Shown here piece by piece: positions 1 to 8,051 of a DNA stretch of 32,000 bases; position 1 is the stretch's first letter; each line of letters begins with the position of its first letter. The translations under genes and the position numbers were made by a program. Source of the stretch: an archaeon GW2011_AR10 (GTDB lineage Archaea > Iainarchaeota > Iainarchaeia > Iainarchaeales > GW2011-AR10); NCBI GenBank assembly GCA_000830275.1, contig CP010424.1, forward strand, positions 1 to 32,000, given 5' to 3'. A model generated the notes under the pieces. The model made no database searches. It saw only the letters and a program-made list of their open reading frames with translations, and was not told the origin of the DNA.

Positions 1-7
1 ATGAAAA

Positions 8-619
8 ATGAATAAGAAAAAGATTGTGATAATTAGTTTGTTTTTTTTGTTTTTTATTGGATTTTCGAACAGTGTTTTTTCGCTGCCTGCTTCGGATTAT
101 AATTTTTTAGAAGTGATCAATGAGAGGGTTGTTGAGTCAAATGGTGTTAGGTTAGAAATAATTGATCAGACTCTCGGTTCTTTTATTTTATCCAATGAAG
201 GAACAGAAACTGCTCATTCCGTGTCAATTAGTCTTAGGATACCAGTAGGTTCAGATTCCTATGAGCGGGAATTTGGAAGTGGAATTACAATTGCTCCAAA
301 TGATTCAAAAGTATTTCAGATTCCGACTGGCTATTTTAAAACTGAGGTTCCGTCCACTCTTAAAATAACTTCAGAGGAAGGAGCAATAACTGAATTGTCA
401 ATAATAAATTCAGGTGAATCTTCTAGGGAGTCTTACATTGATCCACTTTATTTGTATGCTGTTTTTATATCACTCGTTTTTGGTGCAATATCGTTTTTTT
501 TGTTGAAAAAATATTTTCCAAAAACAAATCAAAAGTGGTTTTACCTTATTGCCCTGGCTGTTATAATTATTTCAATTATGGTGTTATTTTTGTTTATTGT
601 GAGTCTCATAACATTATAG
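8..619 (+). CDS. Hypothetical secreted/membrane-anchored protein
   Basis: 203-aa ORF with ATG start. The N-terminus is hydrophobic and signal-like (IVIISLFFLFFIGFSNSVFS), and there are two hydrophobic helices at the C-terminus. It lies 12 nt upstream of the large surface-protein gene on the same strand. Confidence 0.55.
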   Translation: MNKKKIVIISLFFLFFIGFSNSVFSLPASDYNFLEVINERVVESNGVRLEIIDQTLGSFILSNEGTETAHSVSISLRIPVGSDSYEREFGSGITIAPNDSKVFQIPTGYFKTEVPSTLKITSEEGAITELSIINSGESSRESYIDPLYLYAVFISLVFGAISFFLLKKYFPKTNQKWFYLIALAVIIISIMVLFLFIVSLITL

Positions 620-631
620 TGGGGTATCATA

Positions 632-3553
632 TTGAGTTACAATAAAATAATAGCGAATGGAAAAATAATCCTAGTTATTTTATTTATTTTATTTTTTATC
701 AGTTTTTCTTTTGCTTTGCCAATAACCGTTACGATTGACCCTCTAAATGTAGTTCCTGAGGCTGATGAAACAAATAATTCCAAAAATTTGAGCCCAAATG
801 TTGTGGAAACGGGGGGCATCAATATTCTTTATGTTCCTGTAGACTGGGCTTATTATGGTGACTCATTTGAGCGTGTTTTTGTTCCTCTGGTAAAAGATCA
901 AAATTCCTTTATGTTTGCAACATATCCTTTTTCTGGAGATAATTTTAGGTCAAGAATAAGTATGCGGAATTTGGATTTGGGTCTTCGAGAAAATCAGAAG
1001 TTATCGCCTATTGAAATTTTAGTTATTTTGAAGAGATTAAATAGGGAATACTTATTGGCTGGCTCTAATTATGATAAAATAGTTGGAGTAGTTCCTGGTT
1101 TTTGGTTTTCTTTTCATTACATTGGCTCTGAAGGCGTTACCAGTTTTTTATTTCCAAACGTTGCCTTGGTTGATGCTGCAACGACTATCTCAACATCTCA
1201 TGAAGTAGGGCATACTTATGGTTTGTGTGATGAATACAATTTTCTTACGTGGAATATACAACATAAATGGTTTTTATGTCCTAATGCGTTCCCATCTAAT
1301 TGTGAACAGGATTTATTTCGCTCGGACGCCTATTGTCCAGGAAGCATAGATACAACTGGTTATCGGGTTGAGTTGGCAGCTGAAAGAGTTCCTTTTGTTC
1401 GCAAATTTTCTTTACAATATTTTGATGAAGCTGAAGCTGATAGGGATGACCAAATACAGCACTCATCTGCTGAATGCACTGAAATAACAGAGATTAATGG
1501 CCAATTTGTGTTTGAGTGCACTTATTATTACCATAATTTCATGGGTAGAGCTGGGGAAACCTATAACTGGGTTAGTGATCAAACCTACTCTCATTTGCTT
1601 TCAACTCTTTCTGATGAGTTTTCCAAGAAAGCAGCGGATTTGAAGGATCTTTCTCCGTCAAATGTTGTTTTTGTAAGCGGTTTGGTTGACTTGCAAAATA
1701 ATGTGGAATTAGATGATTTTTATATTTTGCAGGGAGAGCCATCTGAAAATATTGTTTTGGGGGATTATTCTTTAAAACTTCTGGATTCTTCTGATAACAT
1801 TTTGAGTGATACCCCTTTTTCAGTTTCATTTACTTTACTTTCTAACCCCCCTGTTGATTTGAATACTGCTTTTTTTGGTTTGGCTGTTCCTTGGGTTGAA
1901 GGAACTAAAAAGATTGCTATTGATGTTAATGGTTTAAGGAAAGCCGAGCGCCTTGTTTCTTTGAATGCTCCGGTTGTTTCTGGGGTTTCTGTTGGAAGAG
2001 GAGTTGTTGTGAGTGGTTTGAGTACTATTGAGTGGGATGCTTTTGATGTTGATAGTGATTCCCTAAGCTTTGTGTTGCAGTATTCTGATGATGGTGGCGC
2101 TTCGTGGAAGCCATTGGCGATTGATGTTCGAGGAAATTCTTTTGTGTGGAACGCGGATTTTGTTGATCCTGGGGAGAATTTTGGGGTTAGGGTGATTGCT
2201 ACTGATGGTGTGCTTACTGGTGAGGGTGTTAGTAATGTTTTTACTGTTCGCGCGCCTGATATTGGTGTTTCTACCAGTGAATGGGATTTGGGTGAGTTTG
2301 ATGTTTTTGGTGATGGTGTTTCGCAGGATTTCTTTATTACTAATGAGGGTAACGCTGATTTGGTTGTGAGTTCAATTGTTGTTTCGGATTCTTTGTTTGT
2401 GGTTTCCGGCATTTCTTTGCCTTTAACGCTTTCTCCTGGTGTTTCCCAGAATTTCATTGTTTCGCTTCCTTCTTTTTTTGGTGGAAAGGAGAAGGTTGTG
2501 TTGGGGGAAATTGACGAGAACATTGTGGTTGTTTCTAATGATCCGAATGAGTTAATGAAGGTAATTGATGTTGTTGGTGAATTAGTGCAAATTACTCCTT
2601 TTCCGAGCGTTGAGTTGGTTGCTCCGTTTGAAGCAAAGCTGAATGAGCCTTTCACTGTTGTTGCAACTGTAAAGAATGGTGAGGGCACTTTGAGGGATGC
2701 GAGTGCAGCGCTAGAGCTTCCTGTTGGTTTGGTTTCTTCTAGTCCTTTGGTTGTTGATTTGAATGCTGTTGGTGCTGGAAAGGATTTGAATGTTTTTTGG
2801 AGTGTGGTTGCTTCTCAAAACGGCTTGCATGATGTGAGAGTTAATGTTTCTGGTGGAAACTTTGCTCGTGTTTCTTCTGAGTTTTTTGTTTCTGTTACGA
2901 ATGTGCAGTTGTCTTCTGTTGAGTTGCCTCCTGGCTTATCTTCTGGTGAACCAATTGATGTAAGCGTGCAGGTGCGGAACTTGAATCCTGGTGTTAGTTA
3001 TTCTGAGCCTGTTGTTTTTGTTAAATTATTTTTTCCTGATGGTTCTTCTAATGAGGTTAGCAAAACTATTTCGTTGCTTGGTGCTAACAAAACTGAATCG
3101 TTGCAATTCTTTTTGGGTTCTTCGTTGTATAAGGGCAACCATGCTGTTGAGGTTGCGGTTTTGAGGGATTCTGGTGTTTTGCTGGATTCTGAGTTAGTGT
3201 TTTTTGAGTTTGATGGGAATGGCTCTGTTGATTTATCTCCTACTCAGATTCTTTTTAATTCCAGTGATTTGGTTGTTGGGAGAAAAGTTTTTTTTGATTC
3301 TGGTGTAAAAAATTCTGGTTCTCATGGTTCGGGTTTGTTTAATGTCAAGTGGTTTGTGGATGGAATTCAAGAAGGTTATGGTAGTCATTTAGGGGTTGGT
3401 GCTGATACAACTGTTTTGAATGGCAACTCCCAGTTCTGGTGGGTAGCGCAACCTGGCACGCATACTATAAAGTTTGTTGTTGATGCTAACAATCGTGTGG
3501 CTGAATCCAACGAGGAAAACAATGAGGTTTCTGTTGTTGTTATGGTTCCTTAA
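632..3553 (+). CDS. Large secreted surface protein: metzincin-like zinc protease module (HEVGHTYGLCD) + Asp-box + Ig-like/CARDB domains
   Basis: 973-aa ORF with a TTG start and an N-terminal hydrophobic anchor (IILVILFILFFISFSFA). It has an HExxHxxGxxD motif at nt 1199-1231 and an Asp-box SDDGGASW at nt 2084-2107. The C-terminal domains are CARDB-like (NSGSHGSGLFNVKWFVDG...HTIKFVVDANNRVAESNEENNE). Confidence 0.75.
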   Translation: MSYNKIIANGKIILVILFILFFISFSFALPITVTIDPLNVVPEADETNNSKNLSPNVVETGGINILYVPVDWAYYGDSFERVFVPLVKDQNSFMFATYPFSGDNFRSRISMRNLDLGLRENQKLSPIEILVILKRLNREYLLAGSNYDKIVGVVPGFWFSFHYIGSEGVTSFLFPNVALVDAATTISTSHEVGHTYGLCDEYNFLTWNIQHKWFLCPNAFPSNCEQDLFRSDAYCPGSIDTTGYRVELAAERVPFVRKFSLQYFDEAEADRDDQIQHSSAECTEITEINGQFVFECTYYYHNFMGRAGETYNWVSDQTYSHLLSTLSDEFSKKAADLKDLSPSNVVFVSGLVDLQNNVELDDFYILQGEPSENIVLGDYSLKLLDSSDNILSDTPFSVSFTLLSNPPVDLNTAFFGLAVPWVEGTKKIAIDVNGLRKAERLVSLNAPVVSGVSVGRGVVVSGLSTIEWDAFDVDSDSLSFVLQYSDDGGASWKPLAIDVRGNSFVWNADFVDPGENFGVRVIATDGVLTGEGVSNVFTVRAPDIGVSTSEWDLGEFDVFGDGVSQDFFITNEGNADLVVSSIVVSDSLFVVSGISLPLTLSPGVSQNFIVSLPSFFGGKEKVVLGEIDENIVVVSNDPNELMKVIDVVGELVQITPFPSVELVAPFEAKLNEPFTVVATVKNGEGTLRDASAALELPVGLVSSSPLVVDLNAVGAGKDLNVFWSVVASQNGLHDVRVNVSGGNFARVSSEFFVSVTNVQLSSVELPPGLSSGEPIDVSVQVRNLNPGVSYSEPVVFVKLFFPDGSSNEVSKTISLLGANKTESLQFFLGSSLYKGNHAVEVAVLRDSGVLLDSELVFFEFDGNGSVDLSPTQILFNSSDLVVGRKVFFDSGVKNSGSHGSGLFNVKWFVDGIQEGYGSHLGVGADTTVLNGNSQFWWVAQPGTHTIKFVVDANNRVAESNEENNEVSVVVMVP
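3007..3553 (+). repeat. 547-nt direct repeat, copy A (3' end of the surface-protein gene)
   Basis: It aligns colinearly without indels to 9615-10161. Both copies end exactly at a TAA stop. Runs of about 70 and 100 nt of perfect identity are interrupted by mismatch clusters. I count 21 amino-acid substitutions over about 181 aligned residues. Confidence 0.9.
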
Positions 3554-3595
3554 TTTTTAATGGAGCAGGCTTTTTGATTCTCTTAAGCGGAAAAA

Positions 3596-3620
3596 ACAAT
3601 CAATTTTTTTGGTTGATTTT
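3596..3620. terminator. Intergenic hairpin + T-run between convergent genes (motif ACAATCAA-T7-GGTTGATT)
   Basis: The arms AATCAA (3598-3603) and TTGATT (3613-3618) flank a T-run. The element sits between the stop of the + gene (3553) and the stop of the - gene (3625). A near-identical motif occurs at 4463-4485. Confidence 0.5.
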
Positions 3621-3624
3621 TAGT

Positions 3625-4086
3625 TTATTGGACTTTTTTCAGTGCTTCTTTATAGAGTTCAATGCTTATTCTGAACCCGTTTTTGACTAGTTCGTTTAAT
3701 AGTTTTGAAAACTCTTTTTTGGTTATGAGGTTTTTTTCTCTGGCCAAAACAAGTAAGCCTAGTGTTCCAATGGGTTTTAAGCCAAAGGATTTGGCTGCAA
3801 TTCTGGCTTTTCTGTCATCCAAGAGCACTTTGCTTGTTTTCAGTTGCAGTGCCAATAGAATGGCTGCTGTTTCGCCTTTGCCCAAGGAAATATCTTTTTT
3901 TAGAAAAAATTTTTTCACTTCAATGAACGCTGAAGCCTTGATTTCGTTTCCTGCAGTTTCTTTTACTGAAACCTCAAAGAAAACCTGTTCCGGCATAACA
4001 ATTTTAGTGAAAAGTTTTTCAAGCAAGTCAAGCCGTTCAAGCTTAATGAAAAAAATGAGTGGAGAAGCATTTGAAACAACAATCAT
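3625..4086 (-). CDS. PIN-like nuclease toxin, DUF3368/COG2405 type
   Basis: 153 aa. The pattern VVSNASPLIFFIKLERLDLLEKLF...GKGETAAILLA...VLLDDRKARIAAKSFGLKPIGTLGLL is typical of DUF3368 PIN-like proteins. It overlaps the upstream antitoxin gene by 4 nt. Confidence 0.75.
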   Translation of the reverse strand: MIVVSNASPLIFFIKLERLDLLEKLFTKIVMPEQVFFEVSVKETAGNEIKASAFIEVKKFFLKKDISLGKGETAAILLALQLKTSKVLLDDRKARIAAKSFGLKPIGTLGLLVLAREKNLITKKEFSKLLNELVKNGFRISIELYKEALKKVQ

Positions 4087-4403
4087 TTGAATTCCTTTAA
4101 GTTTTCAAGGTCTTCCATGAACTGTTCTTCAGAATAGTTGAGGTAAGCGTCATACTTTTTCGTTAAGTCAATCATTTCCCACAGGTTTTTCCCTGCAATT
4201 TCAGCAGCTTTTCCAAAGCTTACTTTACCTTCTTTGTACAGTTTAAAAGCATGCTCTGTTTTAAGCTCCTCCAAGCTCATACGAATCATTTTTTTCAGAA
4301 GAGCAGAGCGGTCTAGGTCAAGCTCTCTTGCAAGGCTCTCAATTTCCTCAGTTTCCTTTCTTGAAATTCGGGTTGAAACAACAGCTTCCTGCATAAAAAC
4401 CAT
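4083..4403 (-). CDS. UPF0175-family antitoxin
   Basis: 106 aa. KLYKEGKVSFGKAAEIAGKNLWEMIDLTKKYDAYLNYSEEQFMEDL matches the UPF0175 signature. It has an ATGA overlap with the PIN gene. Confidence 0.7.
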   Translation of the reverse strand: MVFMQEAVVSTRISRKETEEIESLARELDLDRSALLKKMIRMSLEELKTEHAFKLYKEGKVSFGKAAEIAGKNLWEMIDLTKKYDAYLNYSEEQFMEDLENLKEFK

Positions 4404-4462
4404 TTCTTGTATACAATAATTTCAACTGTATACAAAACTCTTTTTAAATGCAGTGGTCAACG

Positions 4463-4485
4463 ACAATCAACTTTTTGGTTGATTT
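4463..4485 (-). terminator. Hairpin motif ACAATCAAC-T5-GGTTGATTT downstream of the channel-like gene
   Basis: The 7-bp arms AATCAAC/GTTGATT are perfect, with a T-rich loop. The element lies 21 nt beyond the stop at 4506. It is a second copy of the 3596-3620 motif. Confidence 0.5.
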
Positions 4486-4505
4486 GTGTTTGTGAGGTGA
4501 TATTT

Positions 4506-5378
4506 TTAACTGACTTTTGTGGAAATTGACTTCTCTGCAGATATTCTTCTGCTGATTTTTTCGCATTCCGTTCTGATTAACTCGATGTCTTTAACCGCAT
4601 TTTCTGGTTTAGGTTCTGAGAGTCGTTTTTCTATTAATTTGGTTATAGTTTGTGAGTAGGCTGTGATATTGTTCAGGTTTTCCTTTGAGTAGTAGTTCAG
4701 CCAGGGCTGACTTGACCGTTCAAATCGTTTTATTCCTTTTGAAATCTGGAGAAGTGTTATTTTCAGGGAGTGAAGCAGTGCGCTCAGGACTTCTTCATCA
4801 AATTTTTTGTCCAGAAATGAAACCATGTAATTATGGTATAAAAACAGCGAACAGGCGCTCATCTTAGAAGAAATGATTTTCAAGTAGTTTTCAGAAGTCT
4901 TATTTTTAATGTGCTGAGCAATCTCTTTTTTTACTTCCAAAATATTACCGGGTTCAAGAGCTTTTTTTGATAATTTGATGAAACCTGCTCTCTGTTCAGC
5001 CCAACTATTCCTATACTCCCTGAGCTTCTGTCTATACTGGCCTTCATACATTTTTTCCGTCATTTTGCTGCTTTTGGCTCCAACAAGTTTTGATAGGAAC
5101 ATCCCAAACAACACGAGCCCTGCCAGAACCTCAAAGGTAATGAGCAGCTTTGAAAACCTGTTTACTGAATAATCCCCTATACAGGAACGGGTTATCGTAC
5201 ATAAGCTGAAATAGAATGATTCTCCTAGAGAAATAGCTGTTCCAGTCTCATTAATTACCCCGTTTTCAGGGGAAATAGAAGAAATACCGAAAAACAAGAG
5301 GGAAAAAGAGAGATAAGAGATAAATAGGAGTGTAAGAAACTGGTTTACTGAAAAAGTAACCATATATTCCCAGCGCAT
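4506..5378 (-). CDS. 2-TM ion-channel-like membrane protein (K-channel pore fold with degenerate filter) + about 190-aa cytoplasmic helical domain
   Basis: 290 aa. The layout is TM1 (FLTLLFISYLSFSLLFFGI), a pore-helix-like SLGESFYFSLCTIT, then RSCIGDY in place of TVGYGD, then TM2 (LLITFEVLAGLVLFGMFLSKLV). The remainder is charged and helical. Confidence 0.55.
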   Translation of the reverse strand: MRWEYMVTFSVNQFLTLLFISYLSFSLLFFGISSISPENGVINETGTAISLGESFYFSLCTITRSCIGDYSVNRFSKLLITFEVLAGLVLFGMFLSKLVGAKSSKMTEKMYEGQYRQKLREYRNSWAEQRAGFIKLSKKALEPGNILEVKKEIAQHIKNKTSENYLKIISSKMSACSLFLYHNYMVSFLDKKFDEEVLSALLHSLKITLLQISKGIKRFERSSQPWLNYYSKENLNNITAYSQTITKLIEKRLSEPKPENAVKDIELIRTECEKISRRISAEKSISTKVS

Positions 5379-5628
5379 GTTAGAATAAAAACAACTTACT
5401 ATTTAACCTTTTTTTTGTGCAAATTCAGGCTTTTTTGGTTAATTCCAGTGGCAGCAACTGCACGCTTCTTCAAATTTAGGCAGAGTATCATTACGGAGCA
5501 AAGAAATCCCTTATTCCCATTTAAAGCAAAAAACGCCTTTTGTTGTGAGACAAATGTCTCAACAACTATTGTCGTAACTGCCAATGCTTTTTGATTTTTT
5601 TTGGTTGTTTTGCTATTATCATAAAGTT

Positions 5629-5636
5629 TTTATATT
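5629..5636 (+). promoter_or_regulatory. TATA-like box upstream of the KaiC-like gene
   Basis: TTTATATT is centred about 38 nt upstream of the ATG at 5670. Confidence 0.3.
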
Positions 5637-5669
5637 AGACTTCCTTTATTGTATTGGTGTTTTTCTTTG

Positions 5670-6440
5670 ATGGATAGGGTTAAAACCGGCATTGAGGGCT
5701 TGGATAAGGCTTTGAATGGCGGCATTCCTTACAGGAACGTTGTTTTGGTTTCCGGTGGCGCTGGAACAGGTAAGAGCACTCTTTGCCTGCAGTACTTGGT
5801 TAATGGTGCCAAGCTTTATGGTGAAAAGGGCCTTTACATTTCCACTGAGCAGAGCCGCGAGGAGCTTTTGAAGGCTGCTGAGGGCTTTGGGTGGGATTTG
5901 GAGGAGCTTGAGCGGCAAAAGCTTTTGAGGATTGCTTACTTTGACGTTGTTGGAACAGATCATTTCCTTGAAAAAATTTACAAGCAGTACACTGACTTCA
6001 ATCCTAGGCGGGTTGTTTTGGATTCCTTGACCACTTTCACTGATTCTCTGCTTGTTTCCAGTGCAAGGGATGACACTGCCTTCTCCATGGTGCAGGTCGC
6101 TGAAACAGTTTCACCAATCCCTAAAACCGAAAAAATCGTCGCAAAAACCCTATTATACCAGCTAATGAAAAAACTTAGGCTGTTTGATGCGACGATTATA
6201 CTGACGTCGGAGTTGCTGGAAGAATCCAAAGGATTAAGTGCTGATGAAATAAGTGAATTCATTTGTGATGGGGTAATTGAAATGCATTATTTGGGGATAT
6301 CGGGTGCTGATTCAAGAACTTTGAGGGTTAGAAAGATGCGTTATTGCAATCATAACAAAAGTTATATCCCTTATGAGATGACAAGCCAGAAGGGAATTAT
6401 TGTTCATGAAGAAGAATCCATGGATGTTTTAATGAAGTGA
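5670..6440 (+). CDS. KaiC-like/RecA-superfamily ATPase (single domain)
   Basis: Contains GIEGLDKALNGGIPYRNVVLVSGGAGTGKSTL, with Walker A at nt 5754-5780, and the Walker B-like RRVVLDSLT. The ATG at 5670 is preferred over the TTG at 5649 given in the ORF track. Confidence 0.85.
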   Translation: MDRVKTGIEGLDKALNGGIPYRNVVLVSGGAGTGKSTLCLQYLVNGAKLYGEKGLYISTEQSREELLKAAEGFGWDLEELERQKLLRIAYFDVVGTDHFLEKIYKQYTDFNPRRVVLDSLTTFTDSLLVSSARDDTAFSMVQVAETVSPIPKTEKIVAKTLLYQLMKKLRLFDATIILTSELLEESKGLSADEISEFICDGVIEMHYLGISGADSRTLRVRKMRYCNHNKSYIPYEMTSQKGIIVHEEESMDVLMK

Positions 6441-6444
6441 TATA

Positions 6445-7077
6445 ATGTATGGCTTACTTTCCAAATTAATAATAGGCGGAAAACTTAAATTTGAGCCAGG
6501 TAGAATTACTGCATTTAAGGATCCATTTGTTTTGTTGGATTTATATTCTCTTAGAGAAATGACTAATGATGCAGTAGAAGGGGGTATTCATAATATTTCA
6601 AATCTTTATTTTTATGGTTGGGCATACGGATATTATGCAACAAAAAATATTGTAAAATTATTGATGCTTAAAAAATTTGAAGAGAGATATAAAATTTCTA
6701 TGGATATAATAGGGCTGCTTGGTTTTGGAGATTACCAAACATTAAGTTTTAAGCAAGCTGACCATGCAAAATTTAAAGTTTTAAAAGACCCATTTCCACT
6801 ACTTTATTATCCACATGACAAATTTGTATGTCACTATATTCGCGGGATGGAGGCTGGTGGAGGAACACATGTTCATGAAGCTTTAATGGACAATATTGAG
6901 TTTGAATGTGCTGCGATTAATGGTCAATATTGTATCCATGCCAATTTAAGCCAAGAAAATATAGATAAAGCGGATCAAAAGCTTGTTTCTTCGCAGCTAG
7001 ATAGGGCATACATTAAAACTAGGCAAAAAAAGCTGATCGAAGAGGCTGGAGATGATCCTTCGAAATTTGGATTGTAG
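6445..7077 (+). CDS. V4R (4-vinyl-reductase-like) small-molecule-binding domain protein
   Basis: 210 aa, starting 4 nt after the KaiC-like stop. The C-terminal pattern FVCHYIRGMEAGGGTHV...IEFECAAINGQYCIHANL fits the V4R signature C-x3-G...E-x-C-x3-G-x2-C. Confidence 0.55.
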   Translation: MYGLLSKLIIGGKLKFEPGRITAFKDPFVLLDLYSLREMTNDAVEGGIHNISNLYFYGWAYGYYATKNIVKLLMLKKFEERYKISMDIIGLLGFGDYQTLSFKQADHAKFKVLKDPFPLLYYPHDKFVCHYIRGMEAGGGTHVHEALMDNIEFECAAINGQYCIHANLSQENIDKADQKLVSSQLDRAYIKTRQKKLIEEAGDDPSKFGL

Positions 7078-7115
7078 TTTTATTATATCGCTACTATTTT
7101 GGGAGGTTTAATTTT

Positions 7116-8036
7116 TTGGAGAGGTTTTTTTCAGACTTGGCAAAGAAAAGTTTTTTTTTAAATTTAATAGTTTTGGGTAGACCTTGGAATGGCATTATAA
7201 TTGGCTTATTTTCCATACTTGGTTTCATTTTTTTAGGAGGCAACGATTTATTAACTATTTTAGTTCTATTTTTTTGCTTTTTTCTTCAATATTTTGCTGG
7301 TACAACCTTCAATGATTTGTATGATTTTTATTCTGACAAAATAAATATGCCTTATAGGCCTTTAGAGTCTGGTGTAATAACCAGTAATGAAGCAAAAATT
7401 CTTGCTATTACTTTATATGTTATTTCTCTGACCTTTTCTTGGCTTTTTTCATTTTATATTTTTTTAGGGGTATTGGCTTTTTTCATTTTGAGTTTGCTTT
7501 ATTCTATAATTCCTTTTAGACTTGTGAGTAGGGGTTTTCTAGGAAATTTAACTTTAGCCACAGTTACTATCTTTATTCCCACTATGACTGGTGCAATCGT
7601 AGCGTCTCAAAGTATTTTTTTACCTTTTGAATTTGTTCTATATGTTTTATATTTTACTTTATTTTTTGCATTTTTCAGCATATTAAAAGATTTTAAAGAT
7701 GTAACAGGTGATTCTAAGTCCGGCAAAAAAACTTTTGTGGTTGTACATGGCATAGATTTAAGTGGTAAAATAATGATTTTTGGCACGGTTTTATTTTTTT
7801 TATTATCTTTATTTTATTTGCTTGAGTTAGTACTTTTGGATTATGTTGTTCTATTGGTTTCTTTGTTTTTTTTGGTGGGTTTATTAATTTTTGAGTTGAA
7901 AGTTTTTGATAAGAGAAATTCTGCAGATAATTTTTATTTACTTTTTTCGAGGACTAGAATATTAATTTTTGTATATGTCTTGCTGGTAATCATTTTGGTA
8001 TATTCGAGCTTTTCCATTGCCCTTACTTTGCCCTGA
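7116..8036 (+). CDS. UbiA-family prenyltransferase (DGGGP-synthase-like)
   Basis: 306 aa, polytopic. It has NDLYDFYSD (nt 7311-7337), then YRPLESG, and a second Asp-rich motif KDFKDVTGDSKSGKKT. The TTG start is preceded by GGGAGGT at 7101-7107. Confidence 0.85.
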   Translation: MERFFSDLAKKSFFLNLIVLGRPWNGIIIGLFSILGFIFLGGNDLLTILVLFFCFFLQYFAGTTFNDLYDFYSDKINMPYRPLESGVITSNEAKILAITLYVISLTFSWLFSFYIFLGVLAFFILSLLYSIIPFRLVSRGFLGNLTLATVTIFIPTMTGAIVASQSIFLPFEFVLYVLYFTLFFAFFSILKDFKDVTGDSKSGKKTFVVVHGIDLSGKIMIFGTVLFFLLSLFYLLELVLLDYVVLLVSLFFLVGLLIFELKVFDKRNSADNFYLLFSRTRILIFVYVLLVIILVYSSFSIALTLP

Positions 8037-8051
8037 AGTTAGTTCACCTTA

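Noticed and set aside
1765-2688. 307-aa minus-strand ORF (plus 1572-1829 and 637-822) antisense to the large surface-protein gene.
   Set aside because: These are shadow ORFs. The sense strand is C-poor and rich in GTT/TCT/GGT codons, so the complement has few stop codons and yields a low-complexity S/T/P-rich translation. The sense ORF carries recognisable domains.
3662-4419. Plus-strand ORFs 3662-4090 and 4234-4419, opposite the PIN/UPF0175 genes.
   Set aside because: They are antisense shadows of a confidently recognised TA pair.
5399-5584. 61-aa minus-strand ORF in the 270-nt intergenic region. The region also holds a bulged hairpin GTTGTGAGAC-AAAT-GTCTCAACAAC at 5542-5566.
   Set aside because: The ORF has no start context or motif. 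The hairpin alone is insufficient to call an ncRNA, and the region probably holds the promoters for the divergent channel-like and KaiC-like genes.
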